The notes under the pieces are model-generated. The model was not told the origin of the DNA and searched no databases. It was given only the letters and a program-made list of their open reading frames with translations. The translations under genes and the position numbers were made by a program. This document shows positions 1-9,406 of a stretch of 28,242 nucleotides of DNA, one piece after another. The first letter of the stretch is position 1. Every line of letters starts with the position of its first letter. The stretch lies in assembly GCA_964487115.1 (NCBI GenBank), contig CAZAPD010000084.1, positions 1 to 28,242 of the forward strand, given 5' to 3'. This DNA comes from an uncultured Thermococci archaeon (lineage in GTDB: Archaea; Methanobacteriota_B; Thermococci; Thermococcales; Thermococcaceae).

Positions 1-528
1 AGGATAATCCATGACCTTTGTTGTGTTTTCAGGGATATCCTTTCCAATATTTCTGTGTATGTAGTAATCTTCAGCTAACCATGAGGATGTCATGAATGTG
101 ATAACCCCGGAAACCACCAGCAGGGCTATAACTGTGTAAGTTGCCAGCGGATTCAGACTAACCTCCCTTTTTCTAATAGACTCCATAAAAATAATCCCCA
201 GAATCGAACTTAGAGCCCATACATACATTATTTCAGTATCCGGAAAGTCCCTCATAACAACGGCTGATGACCCTATCAATCCAAAAAGGAAATACACCTC
301 ACCGCAAAAGAACGCACGTCTTGAATTGATGCTCATGTAGTAAATGGATGCAGCCCCTAATAGGAAATAGGCTAGAAGCAGAAAAGGAATGGCCCATGCA
401 ATGTAATGATATACAGAATCTGGAATTACAACGGTAAACATAACTGGAATGAATCCAAAAAGCCTCATGTTTATTGTTGCCTGAATGGCAAAGATCACAA
501 GGAGGAGGTAGCCCTGAATATCCTTCAT
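1..528 (-). CDS. Hypothetical multi-pass membrane protein (3' end runs off the window)
   Basis: My translation from ATG 528 (MKDIQGYLLLVIFAIQATINMRLFGFIPVMF...) stays open to position 1 (176 codons). It has several hydrophobic segments and a purine-rich GAAGGGAAG upstream. Co-oriented just downstream of the YkgJ gene. Not in the ORF track. Confidence 0.75.
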   Translation of the reverse strand, partial: MKDIQGYLLLVIFAIQATINMRLFGFIPVMFTVVIPDSVYHYIAWAIPFLLLAYFLLGAASIYYMSINSRRAFFCGEVYFLFGLIGSSAVVMRDFPDTEIMYVWALSSILGIIFMESIRKREVSLNPLATYTVIALLVVSGVITFMTSSWLAEDYYIHRNIGKDIPENTTKVMDYP

Positions 529-555
529 ATCTAAACTTCCCTTCTCGAAATATAT

Positions 556-1062
556 TTAACTTTCGCTTTTAATTAGTTCTGCAAATTCATCTAAATTTGT
601 TCTCTCCATTTCCTTTTCAAATCGAATCCCCAGCTCCGCTATTTCTTCAGGTGTTATTGTCTCATTGCCTCCCCCGATTCCAGGACAGCTCTCATCATAA
701 TACAGCCAAAATTTTTCTCCCTTGTATTCAAAGGGCTCCTCCCCTTCAACTCCCAGAGGCTTTCTCGAAACCATGAATGGGTATATTCTGCACACCAGAG
801 GACTGTAATCGTGAATTCTGCATTTGCCTGTTTCGGGATCATGAAAGATGCATCCCAGATCCCATTCCCGGTATGCCAGAACAAATCTAACCTTTTCACC
901 TTCAAAAGTTAGCATAAGAAAATCCTGAGGATCATGTCCGTGCTCAGCTATCTTTTCTATATCTCCAAGTGTCAGGTAAATAAATCTACCCCTGCAGCAG
1001 TCCACACAGAATTTGCATTCAAAATTAACATCGCTTTTGAGAGGTTTGGGTTTAAATCTCAT
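556..1062 (-). CDS. YkgJ-family cysteine-cluster (CxxCxxCC) putative Fe-S/Zn protein
   Basis: FECKFCVDCC, GCIF, CRIH, PLVCRIYPF and CPGIG motifs; GAGGTGA RBS overlapping the elp3 stop. Confidence 0.85.
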   Translation of the reverse strand: MRFKPKPLKSDVNFECKFCVDCCRGRFIYLTLGDIEKIAEHGHDPQDFLMLTFEGEKVRFVLAYREWDLGCIFHDPETGKCRIHDYSPLVCRIYPFMVSRKPLGVEGEEPFEYKGEKFWLYYDESCPGIGGGNETITPEEIAELGIRFEKEMERTNLDEFAELIKSES

Positions 1063-1071
1063 TGGCTCACC

Positions 1072-2841
1072 TCATGTGTTCAGGTGTCCATCAAACTCTT
1101 TGCTCTTCACGAAGTCAGTACAGCTCTTACCAAGTCTCTTGCTCACGTAGGGTCCGTCTTTTCTGTATCCAAACTTCCTGTAGTACTCTCTAACCCCAAC
1201 GCCGCTTATAACAAGCATTTTTTTAACATCAAACTCCTCCCTTGCGATTCTCTCAGCTTCCGCCAGCAATTCCCTTCCATATCCCCTGTGCTGCCACTCG
1301 TACTTTGGTTTTCCTCCTATAGGAACTAAAGGCCCATACACATGAAGCTCCCTGACTATGGCTGAGGGAACTTTATTGATCTCCTTTCGGTGAGCCTTTT
1401 CGCTTGGAATCCTCAATCTCAAAAACCCGATTAGAATATCGTTTTTAACGTCCTCAAAGCTCAGGAATATTTCTCTTCCTCCAGAAGCGTCATAATCCTC
1501 ACGGAGGAGTTTTATATGTTCGATTTCAGGTTCTATTCCAAACTTCTGCATCATATGACCGACTTCTCTGAATCTTATCTCTCTCGGCCTGATTCCCCTC
1601 TTAATCAGCTCATTGAAGACGAGCTGGCCGAGGTTAGAGTGCTTCACGCCATCAACTATGAGCTGAACTGGAATGTCGCGTTGAATTCTCATGACTCTGA
1701 CCCACTTGGGGAAGAACTTGTATGCTTCAACGAGTAATTCAACAGCTTCTTCAGTTCTGTAGGGGCGATATTTACCTTCCTTCCACCAGCTGTAGAGGGG
1801 AGCATCTGCAGTAACCAGCGTCGGATAGACCTTCAGCATGTCCGGTTTGAAACGTTCATCCTCAAATATTGTCCTGAATGAGAGCAGATCCCTCTCAAAG
1901 TTGCTTCCCGGCAGACCGGGCATCATATGGTAGTTTATCTTAAGGCCCGCATCCTTTAAAAGCTGCGTTGCTCTAACAACGTCCTCAACCGTGTGTCCTC
2001 TCCTTACACGCTCATAGATAAAGTTGAAAACTGTCTGAACACCGAGCTCCACTCTGGTGGTTCCAAAGGCGAGCATCCTATCAATCTGTCTCTCAAAGGC
2101 CCAATCTGGCCTTGTTTCAATTGTCAATCCAACCATCCTGACCTTTGCCTTCTCATTCTTCCTCTGCTCATCCTCAAGATAATAATAAGGCTTTTTGTGG
2201 GTTCTTTCCCAGGCTGCCTTAAAAGCTGGATCTTCTTCAAGAATGGAGTAGTCTTTGTGGATTAAAACCCGGATTAACTTTTCTTCAAGGTTTTCTATAT
2301 CCCTGAAGTACTCGAAATCATTCATGGCCTTGAAAGCACATTTAATGAACCACTCCTGATAGTCTAAATCAACCGCGGGAAAAGTTCCGCCCTGGATTAT
2401 AACCTCTACTTTATCCACATCATGGCCTATGTCGGTGAGCTGTTTAAGACGGCGCATCATAATTATGTAAGGATGATAACCACTCTGAATTGCTCTCAAA
2501 GCTGAAGGTTCCTTTCCAGTGTAGCTCTGGGGGGAACCAATTGATGGACCGCCGGGACAGTATATGCACCTTCCATGAGGGCAGGGAAAAGGCTTTGTCA
2601 TCATGGCAACCACAGCAACTCCACTTATCGTTCTCGTGGGCTTCTTTTTGAGTATCTCCCTGACTCTCTCCCTTTCATTTTCAGGGATGGCCCGGAGTAT
2701 ATCCGCATTCCCCGGGATTCTGCTGAGATGGTATCTCCGGGAAACAGCCATTTTATACCGATTAAGCTCATTTCTATCTTTAATCTCACCAGATAAGATT
2801 GCTCTCGCAAGTTCTTCAATGGCTTTTTCATAGCTGTCCAT
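1072..2841 (-). CDS. elp3: Elp3 tRNA uridine(34) acetyltransferase (radical SAM plus GNAT)
   Basis: KKKPTRTISGVAVVAMM, CPHGRCIYC radical SAM motif, TIETRPDW, VRELHVYG, WQHRGYG, ISGVGVREYYRKFGY. Confidence 0.96.
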   Translation of the reverse strand: MDSYEKAIEELARAILSGEIKDRNELNRYKMAVSRRYHLSRIPGNADILRAIPENERERVREILKKKPTRTISGVAVVAMMTKPFPCPHGRCIYCPGGPSIGSPQSYTGKEPSALRAIQSGYHPYIIMMRRLKQLTDIGHDVDKVEVIIQGGTFPAVDLDYQEWFIKCAFKAMNDFEYFRDIENLEEKLIRVLIHKDYSILEEDPAFKAAWERTHKKPYYYLEDEQRKNEKAKVRMVGLTIETRPDWAFERQIDRMLAFGTTRVELGVQTVFNFIYERVRRGHTVEDVVRATQLLKDAGLKINYHMMPGLPGSNFERDLLSFRTIFEDERFKPDMLKVYPTLVTADAPLYSWWKEGKYRPYRTEEAVELLVEAYKFFPKWVRVMRIQRDIPVQLIVDGVKHSNLGQLVFNELIKRGIRPREIRFREVGHMMQKFGIEPEIEHIKLLREDYDASGGREIFLSFEDVKNDILIGFLRLRIPSEKAHRKEINKVPSAIVRELHVYGPLVPIGGKPKYEWQHRGYGRELLAEAERIAREEFDVKKMLVISGVGVREYYRKFGYRKDGPYVSKRLGKSCTDFVKSKEFDGHLNT

Positions 2842-2967
2842 CTCAATCCTCCCGGCTTAAATTAATAAAGGGTTTTAAAAGGGTTTGCGGGAAAGGTGTT
2901 ATATACACTGTGAATAGAGTCTGAAATAGACGTTTGATGTTCTCAACGAAGAGCTGGAGGAAGGAAA

Positions 2968-3720
2968 ATGAAGCGCGATGAACTCGTTTCATTTCTCGAT
3001 GAATACCTGAACATTTCCACCTATTCCGACAAGTCCAGCAATGGCCTGCAGGTCGAAGGGAAAGAGGAAATCGGGCGGATAGCCTTTTCTGTGGATGCGA
3101 CTCTAAGAACAATAGAGCAAGCCGCAAGGAGAAATGCAGACATGCTGATAGTCCATCACGGCGTAATCTGGGGTGGGCTGAGCTACATCAGGGGAATACA
3201 CTACAGGCGATTAAAGACTCTCTTTGACGCTGGCATGAACCTCTATGCAGCACATCTGCCCCTCGATGCCCATCCAGAAGTAGGAAACAACGTACAGCTC
3301 CTAAAACTGCTCGATCTTGAGCCGAAGGAACCATTCGGCGAGTACAAAGGAACAGCCATAGGATTCCTCGGCGAATTCAAAAAGACGGAACCCATCGAGA
3401 AAATTGTTCAAATCCTTGCAGAAAGGTTAAACACGACAGTTAAAACCTACGAATTCGGTAAGAAAGAGATACGTACGATCGGAGCTGTAAGCGGGGCGGG
3501 TGCATTTGCACTGGAGGAAGCTCATAGAAAAGGGATTGATCTTTTCATAACCGGCGAGTTCGGTCATGCCGACTACCTCACCGCCGTTGACCTGGGAATC
3601 AGCGTTGCTGTAGCTGGCCACTACAAGACCGAGACTCTGGGGATTAAGGCACTGATGGAAGTTGTAAAAGAAAAGTTTGGAATAGATGCTATTTTCATCG
3701 AAGAACCTACTGGACTTTGA
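2968..3720 (+). CDS. Nif3-like dinuclear metal-centre protein (DUF34 / GTP cyclohydrolase 1 type 2 homolog)
   Basis: NGLQVEG, IVHHG, HLPLDAHPEVGNN, ITGE and GHYKTE motifs; GGAGG RBS. Confidence 0.93.
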   Translation: MKRDELVSFLDEYLNISTYSDKSSNGLQVEGKEEIGRIAFSVDATLRTIEQAARRNADMLIVHHGVIWGGLSYIRGIHYRRLKTLFDAGMNLYAAHLPLDAHPEVGNNVQLLKLLDLEPKEPFGEYKGTAIGFLGEFKKTEPIEKIVQILAERLNTTVKTYEFGKKEIRTIGAVSGAGAFALEEAHRKGIDLFITGEFGHADYLTAVDLGISVAVAGHYKTETLGIKALMEVVKEKFGIDAIFIEEPTGL

Positions 3721-4075
3721 TACTATATATTTTTTCAAGGAATTCCTCAGGTTTCAGGATTTTGATTTCCACACCGAGATCCTTGGCATATTCCTCTATC
3801 CAGCCAAGGTGAGGGATCTGAAATGGGTAGACAATCCAGAGCTGTGAAAATCCTGCCCGGGAGGCTTTGATGATGTTATACAGGAGTCTCTGACGTATCC
3901 ACTTATAGGAGTTCTCAAACTCTATCGCCAGCAGCTTCTCCCTGCCGTCCATTATAACAAGATCTATCCTCGTCCCGTCAGCCGTTCTGTATTCTGAAAC
4001 TGGTAAAAGTCCCATGTCACGAACTATTTCAGAGGCTTCTTTCGTTAGGCCTCTCACTCTGATTTTAACCACCAA
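3707..4075 (-). CDS. Small hypothetical protein with PD-(D/E)XK nuclease-like motif
   Basis: SEY...GTRIDLVI...LLAIEFENS resembles the E...D...ExE core of restriction-endonuclease-like folds. The start overlaps the alaS stop, and the exact start codon is uncertain. Confidence 0.6.
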   Translation of the reverse strand: MVVKIRVRGLTKEASEIVRDMGLLPVSEYRTADGTRIDLVIMDGREKLLAIEFENSYKWIRQRLLYNIIKASRAGFSQLWIVYPFQIPHLGWIEEYAKDLGVEIKILKPEEFLEKIYSIKVQ

Positions 4076-6815
4076 TGAGGCTTTTCTTCACCTCTGCTAT
4101 AGCATCCCTTGCCTTAAGGATGTTCTTTATTCTGCCCTGAGCAAGTTCCTTTCTTCCTCCTCCACCACCACCAGCAATGGAGGTTATAGTCCTCACAATA
4201 TCACCTGCTTTCAGATCAAGCTTATCGCCCACACTTACAACCACAGTATTGGTGTCCTCACTTATGAGAACAACAATTCTTTTTGGCCTTCTGAGGCTTA
4301 TAGCCGCTTCCCTAAGGTTGTCTATGTCCCCCTCAACAATCTCTCCTATAAATTCAACACTACCAATCTTTTCGATTTTCTTCTCCAGCTCATAAACGAG
4401 GAGCTTTGCAAGCTCCTTCTTCAGTCTCTCAGCCTCCTTTCTTGCATCCTTCCACTCATTGAAGAACCTCTCAGCTGTTTCGGGCAGTTTTTCGGGTGGC
4501 ACTCTAAACACTTCACTGGTCTTCTTAAGGATTCTTTCAGTCTCCTGCATCCAGCCGACAGCAGCTTCACCACAAGCAAAAATTATCCTCTCAACACCAT
4601 CCTGTATGCGCTCGGTTCTGAGTACCTTGATCGGCCCAATTAAACCTGTGTTTGGCAGGTGGGTACCACCACATGCCTGCACATCCCAATCCTCTATCTT
4701 GAGAACCCTGATTATCCTCCCGGGAACAACACCGCCCTGATAAAGGCGGAAGCCATACTTCATCTCGGCTTCAGTTCTCGGAAGCCATTCCCAGCTTACC
4801 CTCCTATTCTCCATCACAATACGGTTAGCTAAGCGCTCTATCTTCCTCAGCTCCTCCTCGCTTATGCGCTTGTAGTGGGCTATGTCGAGCCTCGCCCAGT
4901 CGGTATGGAGCTGACTCCCAGCTTGCCAGACGTGCTTTCCCAAAACCCTCACCAGAGCGCCCATGAGAACGTGGGTTCCGGTGTGGTGGCGCATGTGCTG
5001 TATTCTTCTCTCCCAGTCAATTCTTCCATGAACAGCCTGCCCTTCCTTGAAGAGTTCCGGTCTTTCAACTTTGTGGAGGATAACCTTTCCAACCTTCTGA
5101 ACGTTGGTGACCTTAACTTCTTCGCCCTCCACCACCAGAATGCCGGTGTCACAGGGCTGTCCGCCGCCCTCTGGGTAGAAGACCGTCTGGTTCAGGATCA
5201 CCCGGTCATCTATGACTTTAAGAACCGTTGCCTCGAATTCCTTCATCATAGGGTCTTCATAGTAGAGTGTCTTAGTCTCAGACAGCTCTTGGACAAGCTC
5301 AAAGTCTACTAAAGTTTTTTCTCCCTCCTCTTCTTCACTTCTCTCAGCTTCTTTTGCCACCAATGTGTAGAAATTGTCAGGGATATGGACTTTTATCCCC
5401 TCACTTTCAGCAATCTCTCTAACGATTTCCGGGGTTAGTCCGTGGCTCTCGTAGAATAGTATGAGCTTCTCAAGAGGTATTTCTCGTCTACCTGACTTTT
5501 TGAGCTTAGTTATCTCCCTTTTCACGAGGTCACTTCCCCTCTTGAGGGTTTCCTGATAGCGCTTCTCCTCGACGTTGACTATATCCAATATTACATCTTC
5601 CATTTCCTTAAACTCTGGGAATGTCGGTGAGAGAGCCTTTATGTGCATCGCCATTATCTCGCTCAACGGAATCTCGATGCCGAGCTCCTTTAGGTGCCTT
5701 ATACTCTTCCTTATGAGGAGCCTTGCCAAATAGCCGGCTTTCACGTTTGATGGAATGACACCATCGGCCAGCATGAATGTTAAGGCTTTGGTATGATCAG
5801 CTATGGCATAGATAAGCTCGTAGGGCCTAACAGCTTTTTCGAGCTCCTCAACACTTATTCCTACTTTATTTGCCACCTCTCTCCTCAGAACCTTGAGGTC
5901 TCCCATATCCTCGATGTCGAACATTCCAGCTAAGCGGGAATTCTCCATTAAAATTCTCTCATCTATTTTCTCCACTCCTGCCATCCTTTTTAAGGGATCT
6001 ACAACATAACCTAAAACAGCATCATAAGCTGTTGGCGTCCCCTGACTCATCCAAACTAATCTTTCTAAACCGTAACCTGTATCAACAACCCGAGTTTCCA
6101 TCGGAACATATTTATCCCCCTTAATCTCGACGATCTGAGAGGGATCGGCATTTGGAGGAGCTAATTTGTACTGCATGAAGACGAGCGTGGCAACCTCAAG
6201 ACCGCGGTAGAGCACTTCGAATGCTGGTCCAGCATTTCCTCCACCAGCCCACGGATTTTCTTTGAAGGTTATATCTTCCCCCTTCATTCCAAGATCTCTT
6301 GTGAAGAATTCGTATGCATACTCCACGGTTTCATCCATCCAGTATATTGGCTTTCCGGGATAGTTGAAAGCATGATGCGCCATCATCTCGAATATCGTGA
6401 AGTGCCTTCCAGTTATTCCGACGTTGTCTATGTCAGTAAAGCGGATTGAAGGCTGACTTATCGTTAGTGGATTTGCCGGAGGTTCGGCCTCACCGCTTAT
6501 GACCCAAGGCTGGAAGTCCATTATGCTTGCTCCAACGAGGAGAACATCATCCCTCCACCTTGGGAGAACAGGATAACGCTTTACTCTTCCATGCCCATGT
6601 CTCTCAAAAAAGCTCAGAAAAGCTTCACGCATCTCCTCAAGTGTATATTTCTTTGGTATCCCTGGCTTTCCTATGAAAGCATACTCATCACACGGCGGAT
6701 CCCCACAAGTCTCTCTATTCGGATCGAGTGTCCAGAAGGGCTTTCCACAGACTTTACACGTTTTTCTAATCCAGCCTTCCTCTTTGAACATTCGCGTGCT
6801 CATATCCATCGACAT
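4065..6815 (-). CDS. alaS: Alanine--tRNA ligase, archaeal type
   Basis: N-terminal CxxC...[28 protein letters not shown]; editing motifs HHTGTH and CGGTH; C-terminal GGGGGG. Start moved to ATG 6815, which follows a GGTGA RBS. Confidence 0.97.
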   Translation of the reverse strand: MSMDMSTRMFKEEGWIRKTCKVCGKPFWTLDPNRETCGDPPCDEYAFIGKPGIPKKYTLEEMREAFLSFFERHGHGRVKRYPVLPRWRDDVLLVGASIMDFQPWVISGEAEPPANPLTISQPSIRFTDIDNVGITGRHFTIFEMMAHHAFNYPGKPIYWMDETVEYAYEFFTRDLGMKGEDITFKENPWAGGGNAGPAFEVLYRGLEVATLVFMQYKLAPPNADPSQIVEIKGDKYVPMETRVVDTGYGLERLVWMSQGTPTAYDAVLGYVVDPLKRMAGVEKIDERILMENSRLAGMFDIEDMGDLKVLRREVANKVGISVEELEKAVRPYELIYAIADHTKALTFMLADGVIPSNVKAGYLARLLIRKSIRHLKELGIEIPLSEIMAMHIKALSPTFPEFKEMEDVILDIVNVEEKRYQETLKRGSDLVKREITKLKKSGRREIPLEKLILFYESHGLTPEIVREIAESEGIKVHIPDNFYTLVAKEAERSEEEEGEKTLVDFELVQELSETKTLYYEDPMMKEFEATVLKVIDDRVILNQTVFYPEGGGQPCDTGILVVEGEEVKVTNVQKVGKVILHKVERPELFKEGQAVHGRIDWERRIQHMRHHTGTHVLMGALVRVLGKHVWQAGSQLHTDWARLDIAHYKRISEEELRKIERLANRIVMENRRVSWEWLPRTEAEMKYGFRLYQGGVVPGRIIRVLKIEDWDVQACGGTHLPNTGLIGPIKVLRTERIQDGVERIIFACGEAAVGWMQETERILKKTSEVFRVPPEKLPETAERFFNEWKDARKEAERLKKELAKLLVYELEKKIEKIGSVEFIGEIVEGDIDNLREAAISLRRPKRIVVLISEDTNTVVVSVGDKLDLKAGDIVRTITSIAGGGGGGRKELAQGRIKNILKARDAIAEVKKSLIGG

Positions 6816-6894
6816 TTTTATCACCTTTTAAATCCTAAGCTATGATGAGTTTATACTTAAAAAAGGCTTTCGTTTGAAGTTTGATTTGTATAAT

Positions 6895-7182
6895 TTACTT
6901 TGCGATAAGCACCAGAACCAGCTCCATAAACACCAGCCCAAATATAATGATGAGCAAAATTACTTTTGTTATGGACTCAACAGTGCTCACGGCTTTCTCT
7001 ATTGTGTCATTGGCTTCCAATGATGTAAAGTCCGAGGCTGGTGAGGTATCGTTCCTACTGATCTGATCAGGTCCCAACTCCTCGTTTCTTGATGGCACAT
7101 GATTAAATGCACTGTACATCACAGTACAATATATGAAAAATGCCAATATGATGAACACTGGAGCTATCCTCTTGAATCCCAT
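6895..7182 (-). CDS. Small hypothetical membrane protein (two hydrophobic helices flanking a polar loop)
   Basis: ORF-track protein; probable start MGFKRIAPVF at 7182 after GGAGGG; N- and C-terminal hydrophobic stretches. Confidence 0.6.
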   Translation of the reverse strand: MGFKRIAPVFIILAFFIYCTVMYSAFNHVPSRNEELGPDQISRNDTSPASDFTSLEANDTIEKAVSTVESITKVILLIIIFGLVFMELVLVLIAK

Positions 7183-7504
7183 AAACCTTACCCTCCGTTC
7201 CAATGCAGATTTAACACCAACACATAAAACTAATTCAAAAATAGTTATTCCATTAATGTTATCTTAATCCTTGCTATATTTAAATTTTATGCCCTATGTT
7301 ATATTTAGATAATAGGGTAAATCACTTGTAGTTATTCACCTTTAATATTTTCTTACAACAAGGGCCAGAATTCTGTATTTTATGCAAAAATTTTCGATAA
7401 TAAATAAAATAATTCCCAGACATAAAAAGAAATTTTAATAGATATATTTCCAAAAGGCTCGATTTTACATAAAATACAAACCCTTGGATCGAAACTCTAA
7501 GCAT

Positions 7505-7560
7505 GGGGTCAGCCCTGTGAAACCTCCTCATCACTCAGGGGGCTCCAGACTCATCATCCC
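7505..7560 (-). ncRNA. Box C/D 2'-O-methylation guide sRNA
   Basis: Minus strand reads GGG-ATGATGA(C)-GTCTGGAGCCCC(12 nt)-CTGA(D')-GTG-ATGAGGA(C')-GGTTTCACAGGG(12 nt)-CTGA(D)-CCCC. It has a terminal GGG/CCC stem, is GC-rich within AT-rich intergenic DNA, and has a TATA-like GAAATGATATAA about 25-35 nt upstream. Confidence 0.9.
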
Positions 7561-7648
7561 TAATGTTAATTATCGTGTTTCCCGGTTATATCATTTCACT
7601 TCCCATACTTAAGTTCGAGGGTAGTATATTGGAAAACCTAACTACTAA

Positions 7649-7711
7649 GGTCCAATAAATTATTGACCAAATTTTCACATAACAATCAAAAGTCTTAAAT
7701 ATATTGCAATA
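7649..7711 (+). promoter_or_regulatory. Promoter of the symporter-racemase operon with flanking palindromes
   Basis: BRE/TATA-like CAAAAGTCTTAAATA (about 7687-7701); palindromes CAATAA-A-TTATTG (7653-7665) and TATTGCAATA (7702-7711). Confidence 0.45.
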
Positions 7712-7807
7712 CTTAAATTTTCTCTGTAGAGTTCAGTGATGTACCACCAACTTCTATTTTGATATACAGTAGTTCAGTGAAGCACTATTAAGTTGGGAGG
7801 TGTGCAT

Positions 7808-9358
7808 ATGGGAGTTGTAATGGACTTTATTAACTGGCTGGATGGCATAGTATGGGGCCCTCCCATAATGATTTTGCTTGTTGGTACTGGACTTTTCTTG
7901 ACCATTATGCTGGGAGGAATCCAGATCAGGCGTCTGGGCTGGTCCATTAGATATACCTTTGGCAAAGAAGGAAGGGCAAAAACAGGAGAAGGCGATATTA
8001 GTCCATTTCAGGCTTTAATGGCAACGATTTCCGGAACGGTCGGTATAGGGAACATAGCAGGTGTGGCAACAGCAATTTATCATGGAGGTCCTGGGGCACT
8101 CTTCTGGATGTGGGTAACAGCTGCGGTTGGTATGGCCACGAGATATTCAGAAGGTCTGTTAGGTGTGGCCTTCAGAGGAAAGTTACCTGATGGGACAATG
8201 ATAGGAGGTTCATTTAACGCCCTGGAGAGGGGATTCGCAGAGGTTGAAATTTCACCAACCGGGAGATATCTGGCATCAATATTCATGCTGATATTCGCGG
8301 CTTTTATAGGATACGATGGTACAAAGCATAGCGGAGGACTAATGATTGGAGCATACATCATAGCACTGTTGTTCCTTATACTGGCATACTATCTCATTAG
8401 AGGTCACGCCATGCCCTCTTTAGGAAAAGTCCTTGCAATACTGTTTTCAACCTTCGCAGCAATTGCAGCTTTTGGAATCGGAAACATGACGCAGTCAAAT
8501 TCATTAGCTCTGGGTATGAAAGTAGCATTCCACGTTCCGTTCTGGGCCACTGGTGTTGCCTTTGCTATCTTGACGTTCATAGTTACTATTGGAGGAATCA
8601 AGAGAATTGGTGAGTTTACAGAGTACCTCGTCCCATTCATGGCAATAATCTACTTTATCTTTGCAATTGGTGTATGGATCAAGTTCGCAGGGAAGCTACC
8701 AAGCGCAATAGCACTGATATTCAAGGACGCCTTTACCGGACAGGCTGTTGCCGGTGGTGCCATAGGTACAGTTATAAGGTGGGGTGTTGCGAGAGGTCTG
8801 TTCTCCAATGAAGCTGGTTTAGGAACAGCAAGTATGGCACACTCAGCCGCAAAAACCGACAATCCATCAAGACAGGCCCATGTTGCCATGCTCGGACCCT
8901 TCATTGATACACTCATAATCTGTTCCCTGACAGGAATTTCAATTGTTGCTACAGGCGCATGGCAGACAGGTAAAACAAGCACAGCCTTGACACAGGAAGC
9001 CTTTGCAAGGGCATTTGGACATGCAGGAGAGGTTATGGTCGTTATAGGTGTCATACTGTTTGCATACTCAACGGTTCTCGCATGGAACTACTACGGAAGA
9101 CAGAACATAATGTATCTGACAAAATGGATCACAGGAGATCCAGAAAAATTTGCCAACCTTTATCCAAAATTGCACTTAGCATATAATATACTCTGGGTTA
9201 TATTCATATACATCGGTGCAACAACAGTTCTTGAAAACGTCTGGACATTCTCAGATATGATGAACGGTCTAATGGCAATACCCAACCTGCTTGGACTTGT
9301 GGTACTCTATACCGTCATCAAGAAGTACACAGATGAATTCATAAAAGCCAATCCATAA
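7808..9358 (+). CDS. Alanine/glycine:cation symporter (AGCS / AlsT family)
   Basis: GDISPFQAL...GTVGIGNIAGVATAI..GGPGALFWMW; RGLFSNEAGLG; FIDTLIIC; MAIPNL. ATG 7808 follows GGAGGTG. Confidence 0.93.
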   Translation: MGVVMDFINWLDGIVWGPPIMILLVGTGLFLTIMLGGIQIRRLGWSIRYTFGKEGRAKTGEGDISPFQALMATISGTVGIGNIAGVATAIYHGGPGALFWMWVTAAVGMATRYSEGLLGVAFRGKLPDGTMIGGSFNALERGFAEVEISPTGRYLASIFMLIFAAFIGYDGTKHSGGLMIGAYIIALLFLILAYYLIRGHAMPSLGKVLAILFSTFAAIAAFGIGNMTQSNSLALGMKVAFHVPFWATGVAFAILTFIVTIGGIKRIGEFTEYLVPFMAIIYFIFAIGVWIKFAGKLPSAIALIFKDAFTGQAVAGGAIGTVIRWGVARGLFSNEAGLGTASMAHSAAKTDNPSRQAHVAMLGPFIDTLIICSLTGISIVATGAWQTGKTSTALTQEAFARAFGHAGEVMVVIGVILFAYSTVLAWNYYGRQNIMYLTKWITGDPEKFANLYPKLHLAYNILWVIFIYIGATTVLENVWTFSDMMNGLMAIPNLLGLVVLYTVIKKYTDEFIKANP

Positions 9359-9406
9359 AGCCTCTTTCTTTTCTTTCTTCATTCTGAAAACTGGAGGTGA
9401 GCAAAA

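Noticed and set aside
6842..6890. ATGATGA as the C box of a second sRNA
   Set aside because: No properly spaced CTGA D'/D boxes follow, and it overlaps the probable alaS promoter on the other strand.
7322..7534. 70-aa minus-strand ORF in the ORF track
   Set aside because: It starts inside the C/D sRNA and runs through AT-rich intergenic DNA with no recognisable protein features.
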